Assembly (NCBI GenBank): GCA_020184695.1
Contig: JAANOX010000026.1
Location: 62,001 to 126,000, forward strand
Source: Histomonas meleagridis 2922-C6/04-290x
Taxonomy: Eukaryota > Protista > Parabasalia
DNA length: 64,000 bases
Direction of reading: 5' to 3'
Shown: piece after piece, positions 11,258-22,418 of the stretch
How the letters are laid out: each line of letters starts with the position of its first letter
How positions within the stretch are numbered: position 1 is the stretch's first letter
The notes under the pieces: model-generated
Told to the model about the DNA's origin: nothing
What the model saw: the letters and a program-made list of their open reading frames with translations, nothing else
Database searches by the model: none
Translations under genes and position numbers: made by a program

Positions 11258-13324
11258 TTACATCCATTGATCATCATCTTCTTTTGCCATTTCTCCTAAT
11301 GTTTGTATCATTTCATATTGCTGTTCTTTTTCTAAATTGGAACTTAACGAATCACTAAACATTCCATTAAGTTCCGAATATGATTTATCTTTTTTACTAA
11401 TTCTAAATAACCAAACAATAACACCAATGATAATTAACACTAAAGCTATAGATCCACATATAATCCCAATAAGAGATACACTGTTTAAAACAGGTTCATC
11501 AATAATACGATATAAAGATTGAAATACAAATGTATAATAATCTGAATAAAAACTAATGATTGTAGTCATGTGAATAATTGAATATTCATAAAATATTAAT
11601 GTCGAATCGGATAAATACTGAGTGCGGAAAATTTGGGTGAATGAACTGATGTCAGATGAATATATTGTCAGAATAAACGAAAAACTGAGTGACGCACCAA
11701 ATGGAAATGAAGAAGTGAAAGAATTGGACTCTGAAAACGAATTAGAATTTGTAAATGAATTCGACTTCGTAAATGTATTTGATTGCGAAAATGTGTTGGA
11801 CTGTGTAAACGTGTTTGACTCTGAAAATGAATTTGATTGAGTAAGTGTATTCGACTGTGAATATGTATTCGATTGGGAAAATGTATTCGTAGAGAAATTT
11901 AGTCGAACTGTAGTGATATTTCCTGTGATATTTTTATTATCTGTTGGAGCAACATGAAGATACATTTGATCCACAACATCATGAGTTGTAAATTTAATAG
12001 TATTATCATAAGTTATATTTGTTAAATCATTGAACTCACAATTAGCATTAGCGCTAAATGTATAATTATAATGCAATTCCTTTTGTAACGTTAACAACAA
12101 CTTCTGACTCATTGATGCTTTGGCCTGTTCTATTTTATGCAACAACTTTAAATGTATATTGTGTACCAACATTTGCGTCAATTGTTATTAAATAATTTGC
12201 TTGATCTATTACTATGTCATTAATTTCTGGTTGCGATGTGTCAGGCAAATTTAGATAATGATCTTCAAACTCAGTTTCATTAGTTTTTTGCTTAAGATAA
12301 AATATAGTGTTGGCAAGGATTTTTCGTTCAAAAGATGTTGCCGAACCAGTGTGACCTGTTTGAACCATTGCTGTGTTTCCAAATGTGGTAAGATAGAAAT
12401 TATCTGTTTCATTGCAGTTGGTTATATTATATTCGGGGGTACTAGCAAATGAAAACCAAATATCACCATGAGCTTTATGATGCAAAGTGTGAGAAAAATT
12501 AATTGACTCATCTTCTTCTCCTATATTAATGAGGTTCCATGGGTACATTAATAGTAATCCTTGCTTGTGAACTTCTATTTTGTCAGACTGTATGTAATTG
12601 AAATAATCTTTATCATGTTCTTTAACTGTAACATTCGAATAGCAACTATACCTTCGGCATTACCTTTATCATCTTCAAAACCAGAGGTGATTGAATCATG
12701 TCCAGTAATAAAGCCATATCCTTTTTTGATGTAATCACTGATAACTCCTTCTGCTGTTTCTGTTTTGATTGAGTAGCAGTCACTATAATCCCAAAATCCA
12801 GAAGCAGTGACATCATAATGGTACACCATGGTTTGATTGTACTTTTCCAACTCTTTTCCGAAATCATCTATAGATTTGAGTGTTACATTAATAATTTGTT
12901 CACCATTAGAATCAGCACAAGCATCGTAATTATCGTTTTCAATAAAGCCACCTTCCATCCAAACTTTTAAAGAAGCTGATTTGGGATAACTTGATATAGG
13001 ACCAGACGTGAAGCTCGTATATACTTCATCATTTGTTAAAAAAGGCTCGCATTCATCAATGTTAATCAAAGCTGTACCATTGATACTATTTGATTAATTA
13101 ATATTTAAAACATTTATAGTAGTTTCTAATTTGTGCGTGCTAACTGGTTCCCAGCCGCTTTCTGTTTCCAAAAATATTTAATAATAATCAGTTTGATTTT
13201 TTTCTTGATAATTAATTGTCCTATTGAGATATACTCCACCAGCCCCATTTGCATATGTTGCATTGTATTTTGCATTGAGTATTAGTTCTTTGGAAAATAT
13301 GAAGAAATAAATGAAAATAAACAT
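11258..13324 (-). pseudogene. Disrupted type-I surface protein with bacterial-like ectodomain (PKSASLKVWMEGG…GHD…YPW…NFYLTT.GNTAMVQTGH…KILANTIFYLKQ), Ser/Thr stalk, TM and EDDDQWM tail
   Basis: ATG at 13324 (MFIFIYFFIFS). In-frame TAA at 13178-13180, 13094-13096 and 12135-12137, plus frameshifts near 12620 and 12080, join ORFs 12575-13069, 12135-12548 and 11258-12181. Confidence 0.75.
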
Positions 13325-13519
13325 TTAATCCTTTCCAAGTCCCGGACAACGATAAATTATTCGATTTTTTGATGAGATATCATTATTTTATAAAAACGAT
13401 AATTCAATTTGTTTCAATTTGAATCGTTACGACATAGCGGTTATTTTATACAGTTCGAAGTGTTGAACGAAAAAATTTAATAAAAATTAACTTTATTCGT
13501 GATGAAACAATTAGAATTA

Positions 13520-14103
13520 GAATTAAATTTGGTTTTATTGTTATACAGGATATTTAGCATCTGTGATTCGATTATTAATTTTTGAAAAATCATAAAAAAT
13601 TCATCAATGGGTTTCGAGGTACAATTGAATAGATTATCCAAAAAAGTTGTTATAGATGATAAAGAGTTTAACATTAAGTCTTTGATACTCCTTCACAACG
13701 GGAACAATATAAAAACCTTTTGGGGTCTTGCTATCGTGATTCTGATATTATTATAATTGTTTTTGCTGTAGGAGATCCTGAAACTGATGAAATAAGTCAG
13801 ACATCATTCGAATCTTTAGAAGGATGGCTTGATTATGCACAAAGTTCCAAACCAGATGCTATTTTTTGTTTTTGCGGAAATTTGAAAGATATCAAACCCC
13901 GCAAAATAACGCACGAAGCAGCGGTCAAAAGAGTTGAAGAATTATGTAAAAAGTGCATGTACTTTGAAACGAGCGCTGCAACTGGAGATGGTGTTGATGA
14001 CATGTTCTTCTCTTTGATCAAAAAGTATATTCAACAAAAAGATGCTAAAAAACCCGTAGAACCTCAAGAAAAAAATAATGGTTCACCTTGCACCATCTTT
14101 TGA
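13520..14103 (+). pseudogene. Small GTPase (Rab/Ras-like) with decayed 5' part
   Basis: KKVVIDDKEFNIK / FDTPSQREQYKNLLGSCYRDSD (G3-like), CGNLKD (G4), FETSAATG (G5), C-terminal CTIF. 1-nt frameshift at ~13679 and stops further 5'. Confidence 0.65.
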
Positions 14104-14345
14104 TTCTAAATTTTTGAACAATTTATTACAAAGCAACGAGTATTTTTATCAAAATAAGTATCAATAATTTGTCATATGAACGAAGAAGATTTTGCGATGA
14201 TTTCCATTGACATTTCTATAATTATTAAAAAAAAAAAATAATATTATTAGTGCCAAAAATTTGCCTATAGACAAGGATCAACTAAAACAGTAAATATTAA
14301 AAGAAAAAATAGCATAAAAAAATAAAATAAAATAAAAATAAATTT

Positions 14346-15728
14346 TTATAAATAATTCTTTGGATCAAAAACACCAGGAAGATCGAACTTTGTTGCAAAT
14401 TCAATAACACGCTTTTTCAAATCTTTCACTTTCTCATCATTTGATGTAACTTTTTTGAATTCGTTTAACTTTTTGGTGGCTTTTTTAATTCTTTTCGTAT
14501 GCTGAATTCCTTCGATAATGAACTCGCCGACTTTTTCGAAATCCTTTTCGAGCAAGCCACGAGTTGTTAACGCCGGAGAACCAATCCTTAATCCTTTAGG
14601 CATTCCAGCGTTTTTATCGCCAGGAATCGTATTTTTATTTGTTGTTATGTTAGCGCAATCCAATAAATATTCCAATCTTGCGCCATCGATTTTATGTTTT
14701 CTTAGATCAAGAAGTGCTAAATGATTATCAGTACCTCCCGATACTAAATCAATTTTATTTTTCATTAAAAATAGTGAAAGCGCTTTCATGTTTTTTAATG
14801 TTTGTTCTTGATATTTTTTAAATTCGGGTGTTAACGCTTCTTTAAGTGAAACAGCTATGGCAGCTATTTGATGCATATGTGGTCCGCCTTGAAGTCCAGG
14901 GAATACGGCCAAATTTATGGCTTTTTCATATTTTTTTTTATAAAAAATTAATGCGCCACGTACAGAGCGTAATGTTTTATGTGTTGTAGTTGTGACAATA
15001 TCACAATGATCAAATGGTGATGGAATAATTCCAGCACTGACAAGTCCGCTAATATGTGCCATGTCTGCCATTAATATTGAACCAGTTGAATCCGCTGTTT
15101 TACGCATTAATGAGTAATCAATATTTCGTGGATATGCAGATGCACCAGCAATGATTAAATGTGGATTAAAAAGTTTTGCATTATGATCAAGCTCATCATA
15201 ATCTATAAGTTGTGTCTTTTGATTAACTATATATGGAAGTGATTGCCAAAATAAAGAGCTTGCTGAAACTGATCGATTCTTGTTTCGATACCCATGTGTT
15301 AAATGACCTCCATCAGAAAGATTTAATCCCATAATTCGACCATTTGGTGGCACTAAAGCTGTATAAACAGCAAGATTTGCAGGTGAACCAGAAAGAGCTT
15401 GAACATTAACACCCCATATGTTTGGATCAAGATGAAAAGCTTGAAGAGCTCTTTTTTGACATAATTGTTCAAGTTTATCAACAACTTGAGTTCCACCATA
15501 ATAACGTGCTCCTGGATATCCTTCTGAGTATTTGTTATTAAAGTGTGAAGAAAGGGCGGAAAGAGAAGCATGTGATGCAAAGTTTTCTGATGCAATTAAT
15601 TCAAGACTTTGAAATTGCCTTTTAATTTCTTCTTGATTAAGTTGGTATACTTCTGGATCAACTTCTTGAAGTAATTTATTACCTGTAAATAAGGTTCGTT
15701 TATTAATATTTTTGGTGATTACTAACAT
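14346..15728 (-). CDS. SHMT: Serine hydroxymethyltransferase, likely hydrogenosomal
   Basis: LELIASEN, NKYSEGYPGARYYGG, DGGHLTHG, TTTTHKTLR (PLP Lys), GGTDNH, GLRIGSPALTTRG; N-terminus MLVITKNINKRTLF resembles a hydrogenosomal presequence. Confidence 0.97.
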   Translation of the reverse strand: MLVITKNINKRTLFTGNKLLQEVDPEVYQLNQEEIKRQFQSLELIASENFASHASLSALSSHFNNKYSEGYPGARYYGGTQVVDKLEQLCQKRALQAFHLDPNIWGVNVQALSGSPANLAVYTALVPPNGRIMGLNLSDGGHLTHGYRNKNRSVSASSLFWQSLPYIVNQKTQLIDYDELDHNAKLFNPHLIIAGASAYPRNIDYSLMRKTADSTGSILMADMAHISGLVSAGIIPSPFDHCDIVTTTTHKTLRSVRGALIFYKKKYEKAINLAVFPGLQGGPHMHQIAAIAVSLKEALTPEFKKYQEQTLKNMKALSLFLMKNKIDLVSGGTDNHLALLDLRKHKIDGARLEYLLDCANITTNKNTIPGDKNAGMPKGLRIGSPALTTRGLLEKDFEKVGEFIIEGIQHTKRIKKATKKLNEFKKVTSNDEKVKDLKKRVIEFATKFDLPGVFDPKNYL

Positions 15729-15760
15729 TTTGATAAAATTAAAAAAATTTTAGATGATAA

Positions 15761-15770
15761 AACGTACGTT
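15761..15770. promoter_or_regulatory. AACGnnCGTT palindromic promoter motif (representative site)
   Basis: AACGTACGTT between divergent SHMT and RRM starts; other copies are listed under findings. Confidence 0.5.
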
Positions 15771-15821
15771 AAGAGCACTTTTTCATTTCATTTTTATCCA
15801 AACAAACTCTGTCAAATCAAA

Positions 15822-16460
15822 ATGGAACAAACACAAGAACCCAATACAGAACCATCTGATATTTCAGCAAGTACACATAGCGATGGCTCGAATGAAAAAC
15901 AAACACGGAATTTTGTGTGTAATTTTGGCCCAATTATTGGAAGCTTAGAAGAATATGATGAATTATTTAGAAGAGAAAAATTTGATACATTTGTTGATTT
16001 ATGTTTTATAGGAAAACATGGAAGCATTAAATTTCCATCACAAGCAGAAGCAGATTTGTTCATTGAACATTTCTCAAATTTTGAATTTAAAGGTCAACAG
16101 ATGTGGGCAGAAAAGCCAAGAAGATTACAAAATGGTGTAAAGACATTGCATTTATCCGGTTTCACACCTGGCAACTTATCTGAACGAAGTATTTTTTTTG
16201 CTTTATCAGGGGCTGGTTTTATTCGCAGGATTTCAGGGAAAAGGGATTTTGCTTTTGTAGAGTTTGATACCCCTGAGGAAGCTCAAAATGTTTTAAAACA
16301 ATATCCAACAATTCAAATTGATGGAGATTTGATCAAATTATCATTTGCAAGAACAGAGCATAACCCCAAGTTAACAATCCCACTTAAAGAGTTGGTGCCT
16401 TTAGATCATCCGTTTTGGTACCAACTTCAAGAAATGCTTTACGAACAGACATTGCATTAA
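15822..16460 (+). CDS. RNA-recognition-motif (RRM) protein, two RRMs
   Basis: RNP1-like RDFAFVEF, RNP2-like TLHLSGF. Confidence 0.85.
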   Translation: MEQTQEPNTEPSDISASTHSDGSNEKQTRNFVCNFGPIIGSLEEYDELFRREKFDTFVDLCFIGKHGSIKFPSQAEADLFIEHFSNFEFKGQQMWAEKPRRLQNGVKTLHLSGFTPGNLSERSIFFALSGAGFIRRISGKRDFAFVEFDTPEEAQNVLKQYPTIQIDGDLIKLSFARTEHNPKLTIPLKELVPLDHPFWYQLQEMLYEQTLH

Positions 16461-17526
16461 ACTTTTTGTATGTTACCCATTCGTTATCTGATAGATAAAT
16501 AAATAATTTTGTTTATAATTGTAATCATAAACGAATATTATTGAATTGAAAAATAAATGCAAATAATAGCAATGCACAAAAAATTGAGTTTTGATACCTC
16601 ATCATGTTAATGTGCTCCATAACATTGGCATTATATTTATACATAAAAAAAAGATTGCAAAATATATTATAATGTTTGAGAAAATGAAATCAAAATGGAA
16701 TTTAAACAAAACCAAATTGAAAAATTAACAAGAATACCTTACGCGTTTTGTTTCGCTTTGATTGTTTCGCAAATTAAAAGGAATTTTAAAACAAATTCAT
16801 TTGTTGATTTTAAAAGAAACGTATGCGCTTATGTAATTTAAATTTAAATATTTGTAATAATGAATAATAAATAGACTTTTTAAAATTAAATAATAAATTA
16901 AAATAAATTTAATAATATAAACTTTGAAAAAAAAAAAAGAAAATATCAAAAACATGAGTGCACCCATCAAAACATAAACCAATAAAAATCATCTTAAACA
17001 TAAATATAAAAACACTAATGCAACATTATCATATGAAACGTTACATGGGATTGACAAAATGAAAAATGTCAAATTTCTTAATGAATATCATTAGTTTGTT
17101 CACGAATTTCTTCGAATTTTTCATTGCCATTAAAGTATTTTTTTAATGAATAAGTTCTATAATAATTTTATGTGATATAATTTTCATTCTTTTTGACAAT
17201 CTTTTGTTGAATTTTTTCTTTAGGTTTTTCCTCTTTTTGTTCCTTTTGTTCTTTTTCTTCTTTAGGTTTATCTTGTTCAAATGCATCTGCAAATAAGGAA
17301 TTTAAACGATGTTCAGAGACTATTAAAGTATCTGTTCATCGCATTAAACTCTTGCAAATCTTTATTCCACGAATGGGTCATAAAATAACAAACATAATTA
17401 AAACGAATTATTTTCTTCATAATAATAATAAATCAAAACATTTATCAAATGAAATTTTCTTAAATCAAAATATTTATCAATTAATCAAAACTTATTATTA
17501 ATTTGTGGTTTAAATATCATTTTTAT

Positions 17527-18456
17527 TTATTTCATTTCCACGATCTGATTGTGCACTTCAATTGCGACGCCACTATTCACGAACTGCTTGAGTACGACGT
17601 CTCCAAACATTTCCTTTATTTTGTCATACGATAACTTCCTTCTCAGCATCTGACTGATCACTGAATGTTTAACATTATTTTGGTACAAGACTTTGTATTC
17701 TTTTGCGACGCACAAACACTTTATGATGTTTTTTAGCAATGTGTCAGTAATTGTAATTTTGTAATATTCTTCTTTCGGCCGATATAATGGAACGAAGTTA
17801 TTTACACTTTTTGCTTTTTGTGGGAAACTAATTTCATCGAAAATGTTTTGCATTAACTTTGGATCGCGTAAATTCGTAAGGATTTGTGATATTGGATAAT
17901 AAACATGTTGAAAAGTGTTTTCAAGAAATAACAAACGGCCAATGCGCCCATTCCCATCATGATGAGGATGAATTCGTTCATATAATAAATAACAAATCAT
18001 CGCGCAAATCTCTCGAGGTATGTTGGGATAAAATTCATTTCGATAAAACTTGTTAACTAATTGTTGAAGAGAATTTGGTTCAAGATCTGATGCTTTCATG
18101 CCAATATTATAGAATGAATATTCACGTTTGTTTTGCTTTTTAACTACACCAACAAAGCCTTCATATGAATCTGTTGATTCACGAAAACATTTATGTTTGG
18201 GAAAGACAATTTGATATAAATCTTGAATGTTTGGTGGTTGTCCATTGAGATTTTGGAAATATTGTAAAACATTTTCAATACGTTCAGGTGGCATTTGATC
18301 TTTTTCGTTTTCGTTGGAACATGTTAGATAATAACGAAATTCTTTTGACAATTCATCTTTATCATTTATTTCATTTTCAGGAATAGATCCAAGTATCGCA
18401 GCAGCCATATTTAGGTCCTCTTGCAAGATTATTTGGAAGGGAAACACTTCTTCCAT
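17527..18456 (-). CDS. Fic-domain protein
   Basis: YERIHPHHDGNGRIGRLL matches the HPFxDGNGRxxR Fic signature (with F to H). Confidence 0.85.
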   Translation of the reverse strand: MEEVFPFQIILQEDLNMAAAILGSIPENEINDKDELSKEFRYYLTCSNENEKDQMPPERIENVLQYFQNLNGQPPNIQDLYQIVFPKHKCFRESTDSYEGFVGVVKKQNKREYSFYNIGMKASDLEPNSLQQLVNKFYRNEFYPNIPREICAMICYLLYERIHPHHDGNGRIGRLLFLENTFQHVYYPISQILTNLRDPKLMQNIFDEISFPQKAKSVNNFVPLYRPKEEYYKITITDTLLKNIIKCLCVAKEYKVLYQNNVKHSVISQMLRRKLSYDKIKEMFGDVVLKQFVNSGVAIEVHNQIVEMK

Positions 18457-18816
18457 AATTTTATGGCCGGAGGCGAGTGAATTTCACAACCGATTTTTTT
18501 TCTATTGAATTTAAATTAAACCGTTGATATCCTTTCAAACACTGGATTTTACGGTTCTGATAAAAATATGCCAGAAATTGAATGTGGCCAATAACTTTTT
18601 GCGTGTTTTTTTCGGTTTGATTTAAAATAGCTACTCTCCCACATCATCTGATTTCAATTATTCCCTCTCTAGTTCAAGAAGAATAGAAAGAGACTATATG
18701 TCTATGATGTACTGCTAAAAATATCATAAAGTGTTTTGAAAGAATATAAAGTTTTGCACTAAAATAATGTTTAAACATTCAGTGATCTCGGATGAATTCT
18801 GAAAAAAAAAAATTCA

Positions 18817-18888
18817 TTCCGATACGGGGAGTCGAACCCCGCTCCCGTGGATGAAAACCACATATCCTAACCGATGAACGATATCGGA
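18817..18888 (-). tRNA. tRNA-Glu (TTC)
   Basis: 72-nt cloverleaf TCCGATA…TATCGGA-A, anticodon loop TT-TTC-AT, GGTTCGACTCC T-arm, downstream T-run terminator. Confidence 0.97.
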
Positions 18889-19024
18889 ATACGAATTGTT
18901 TTTTTATAATTAATATAATTAGATTATTGAATATTAAAAAAAGGAAAATTTTAACGAAAATTCAAAACACATAATAAAAGCATTTTATAAGAAACAATTA
19001 TTTTATTAACAAATATAAATGTAT

Positions 19025-20332
19025 TCACCATCCCAATTCTCGAATTATAACTTCTGCTTTTTCAGAAATTAGGGGATCATCGGAATCTGCAAGATTATAA
19101 AGAATATCCGAATTTTCTATTTCATTTGCAATTTGTTGTGCATCAGCTTGTAGAAGAAGAATAGAAATAATATGTAAACAAGTTAAAGCACTTTTTGCAT
19201 TTACTATTGACATTATGTCAGCTATATAATAACATATATGAATTTGTAGAAAATAATTTGTTATTTGCTGATTATTAAAAGACAAAATTTCATCAATTAA
19301 CTGACATACTTTAACCTTTCCCTTGAAGCTTCCATTGTTTAAACAATAAACAATTGAATCTGTTAATCCTGATTCTATCAATTGCTGAATTGAATGCTGA
19401 TTTTTCCTGATGTACTCAACCAAGCAGATGATGGCTTGTGCTTGGATTGCGCAAATTCCAAACTTCATCAGTCCAATCAAATATGGAATGTTGAAAATTG
19501 AAAAGCCAACAGAGTTTTTGAAAGACATCCTTATGAAAGAAAGTATTCGCGATTTCAAAACAATTGATTTTGTATTGATCAATATTTCATTAAATTTTTC
19601 AAGTAAATTATATTTAATTACAGGTATGCTCCACTTAAAGTATCGGCGAGTCATGTTTTCACAACACCAAATTGCTTCACCACAAAGGTTAATGTTTTGT
19701 GATTGAATTATTATGTCAACCATTTGACAAATAAAATCTGCAAACTCTGATGAGACTTCAATTCCCATACAGATATTTCCTATAATAAATAATGTTTTGT
19801 GTATGATCTTAAGATCTCCACATTGAATGAGAGAGCTTAAAATTTCTAAATTAAAAAATTGTGCTATAATTGAAGAGTGTTTAACAGACATACCACTTAG
19901 TTTTGCAATTACATATAATGCAGTTCGAGTATAAGGAATGTTTTTTAAGTCAAGTAATTTTAAAATTTTTTCTGTTAACTTTGGTAAAAATTCTAATGGA
20001 TACCTTTGCTTTGGTTGACAAAAAGCATTGGTAAAGCATGCTAAACCAAATATAGAAATATTTAGATTTGGGTTTGGAAACAAGGAAATAAATAATGAAG
20101 ATACATTTTCAATATCATGCAAATCTGTAATTGGATGTGCTTTACAAAATTCTGTTATAGTTTTTAATGTACATTGTGCCATTTGTAGATTCATTGGATT
20201 TGTTGAATTTATCATATCAATCATTTCATTTAATGATGCTGGTATATTACACATTTCTTTTTCGTCAAAGTCTGTTCTTGATCTGTATATTTTTGTTTCT
20301 GTTTTATTGGAAGAATTAATGTTTTCATTCAT
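19025..20332 (-). CDS. ARM-repeat protein, importin-alpha-like
   Basis: Helical repeats with TLFIIGNI and EAIWCCEN-type motifs; ends AEVIIRELGW. Confidence 0.7.
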   Translation of the reverse strand: MNENINSSNKTETKIYRSRTDFDEKEMCNIPASLNEMIDMINSTNPMNLQMAQCTLKTITEFCKAHPITDLHDIENVSSLFISLFPNPNLNISIFGLACFTNAFCQPKQRYPLEFLPKLTEKILKLLDLKNIPYTRTALYVIAKLSGMSVKHSSIIAQFFNLEILSSLIQCGDLKIIHKTLFIIGNICMGIEVSSEFADFICQMVDIIIQSQNINLCGEAIWCCENMTRRYFKWSIPVIKYNLLEKFNEILINTKSIVLKSRILSFIRMSFKNSVGFSIFNIPYLIGLMKFGICAIQAQAIICLVEYIRKNQHSIQQLIESGLTDSIVYCLNNGSFKGKVKVCQLIDEILSFNNQQITNYFLQIHICYYIADIMSIVNAKSALTCLHIISILLLQADAQQIANEIENSDILYNLADSDDPLISEKAEVIIRELGW

Positions 20333-20455
20333 TATTTATATTTTAAACGTACCCTTAAACGGACGAACGCTTCACCTCACAAATGCTTCTCAACATAAAT
20401 GTCACACAACACGTCCAATACATTTATTAAATAATAATAATGTATATAAATATAT

Positions 20456-21640
20456 TTATTCAGTTTTTTCTTTTGTTTGCTCTTCATATTCGATTTCCTC
20501 TATAAACAAATGTCCATATTCCATCATAATTGCGTATGATGCATAGACAATTAAATCGAACACTTTATCGCATGACTCAATAGGAATTTTCACATACATA
20601 TGTACAAATATAAGTGACACAACAGTTAATGATGAAAAAGTATAATATTTATACCTTTGAATTTGTTTATTATTATTCAAGAAAAATCCTTTTACAATTA
20701 AACAAATTAAAAAAATGAAAAAAACAAATAATATTTTCTTATGTATTTCATTAAAATTACGTGAATCAAATGGCGAATATTCTGCAAATGTTTGTTTTGA
20801 TTCGAAAATTGGTAATGAAAAATCATTTTTAAATATAACAATTAAAGATAAAATCGAAAAAATTAAAATAAAAATATAAAAAATTTTTGTTCTTCCAAAA
20901 TAATTTAATAAATTAAGACAATAAAACATGAAATACACAATAAAAATATCTTTTATAAATAAAGTAATTAAATCAATTTTTGGTATATGAATTAATGCAT
21001 CAATAAAATATATCGGAAATGAATACAAAAAAGTAAAAAGTAAAAGAAAACCAGTAAGGTGTTGTTCAATCGTAAGTTTATAATTGTTTGATTTGTCGAA
21101 ATACGCTTTAATAAGTGTGAAAAGAAACAAAGAAATTCCAATGCAGATTACATTATGAAAAAAATTAAAAACAGGATCAATCGTTTCCCACGTAAAATAT
21201 CCACTATTGGAACAGTTGAGTTGGATGGTTGCGTTAAGAGAGTCATAACATATGATATTGTCTTGGAATAAAATTATTGGATTTGTTTCTTTAGTTTCAG
21301 GATTTGTTGTTAAGTTTATTATTGTAGTCGATTCTAAATCATAAACTTTTGTTTCATTTTGAAGTGAAGATATTTTGACATCAATTGCACTAACAATGTT
21401 ATCGTAAAAAACGCATGAAAGACGAACTTTTTGTGATGCAAGTACAAGTGTATTTATTGCTGTAGTTATGGTGTTGTTCGATTGAGTTAAATTAAAATTT
21501 GAAGTTGTGACAATAATAGATGTCTTAAATAAATATGCAAGATATAACAAGAAAATAAATGCTACAAATGGAAGACTTCCAGCACCACTTAAAGATTTTT
21601 TGAATGGAAGGTCAGCAACTAAAATTTGTTCTTTTTTCAC
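20456..21640 (-). CDS. Multi-pass membrane protein (N-terminal TM, luminal domain, ~6-7 TM)
   Basis: 394-aa ORF with a clear hydrophobic helix pattern. Confidence 0.75.
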   Translation of the reverse strand: MKKEQILVADLPFKKSLSGAGSLPFVAFIFLLYLAYLFKTSIIVTTSNFNLTQSNNTITTAINTLVLASQKVRLSCVFYDNIVSAIDVKISSLQNETKVYDLESTTIINLTTNPETKETNPIILFQDNIICYDSLNATIQLNCSNSGYFTWETIDPVFNFFHNVICIGISLFLFTLIKAYFDKSNNYKLTIEQHLTGFLLLFTFLYSFPIYFIDALIHIPKIDLITLFIKDIFIVYFMFYCLNLLNYFGRTKIFYIFILIFSILSLIVIFKNDFSLPIFESKQTFAEYSPFDSRNFNEIHKKILFVFFIFLICLIVKGFFLNNNKQIQRYKYYTFSSLTVVSLIFVHMYVKIPIESCDKVFDLIVYASYAIMMEYGHLFIEEIEYEEQTKEKTE

Positions 21641-21702
21641 TTTGGGTTGGTGTTCACTTTTTATATAAACACATAACGTTCGGGATGTTAATTTTTAACT
21701 AA

Positions 21703-21870
21703 GTTTGTTCGGATCAATGCGGCTCGTCTCTGGGTGTTCGTCTTTACGGATATCTTTCTGAAGGGTCGCAATATCCATGATTTCTCGCAAGAGCGAACCA
21801 ATGGTACCTGGTTGGCGACCGAGAATCCAACATTCTTAATATATACGAAAATTATTATTATTTTTTTTTT
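21703..21870 (+). ncRNA. Candidate structured RNA (GC-rich intergenic island)
   Basis: Nested helices with G-U pairs, a GCAA tetraloop hairpin and a downstream T10 run; identity unknown, and a coding-relic alternative exists. Confidence 0.25.
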
Positions 21871-22418
21871 CCTTTCTGAGTGGATTACTTTAAGGTCAAA
21901 TATGTACTTCAGCCTACACCTACTTCTTTCTTTTTGGTGAAAGGTTTTCTACTTGTAAAAGAATTATTAATTTTCATGTTTCAATTCTTACACATTCGTT
22001 CTTTTAAATAGATAAAAGCATAATATGCTTGCTTTTGGCTTGCGCTTGTATAGAAATTTTTATCAATGGTTTTTGAATAAATAATTTATCTTTTTCATGC
22101 TGATTACAAGCTAAGATTTTAAAAAAGGGACACGATTTTGTGCTGGTTAGATTATAATTTTTTTAAAAAAAAGTTTCTTACTAATTGCAATTAGTAAAAT
22201 ACGATAAACGCATACGCACAAAGATATTTTTAGTAATAAGCCGTATTTTCCAACAGTTATATTTTAATCGATAAATAAAGTAAGGATGTTTTGTCTAAAA
22301 CTGTTTTACAAACTTTTAATTTGCACACTGGAAGAAAAACTTTTTAAATACATTATTTCGATAAAGTATACAAAAAGTGGTCTATAACTAAGATGTAAAC
22401 AAAGCTAAATTTGAGTTT

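Noticed and set aside
12135-13180. TAA recoded as Gln (several in-frame TAA in the surface-protein gene)
   Set aside because: The same gene also has frameshifts, and many intact genes here (SHMT, CAF1, kinesin) terminate at TAA; ordinary pseudogenisation fits better.
21759-21823. Hammerhead ribozyme (CTGAAG-GGTCGC…GCGACC-GAGA)
   Set aside because: Core lacks A9 and has GAGA instead of GAAA; no clear cleavage triplet or helices I/III.
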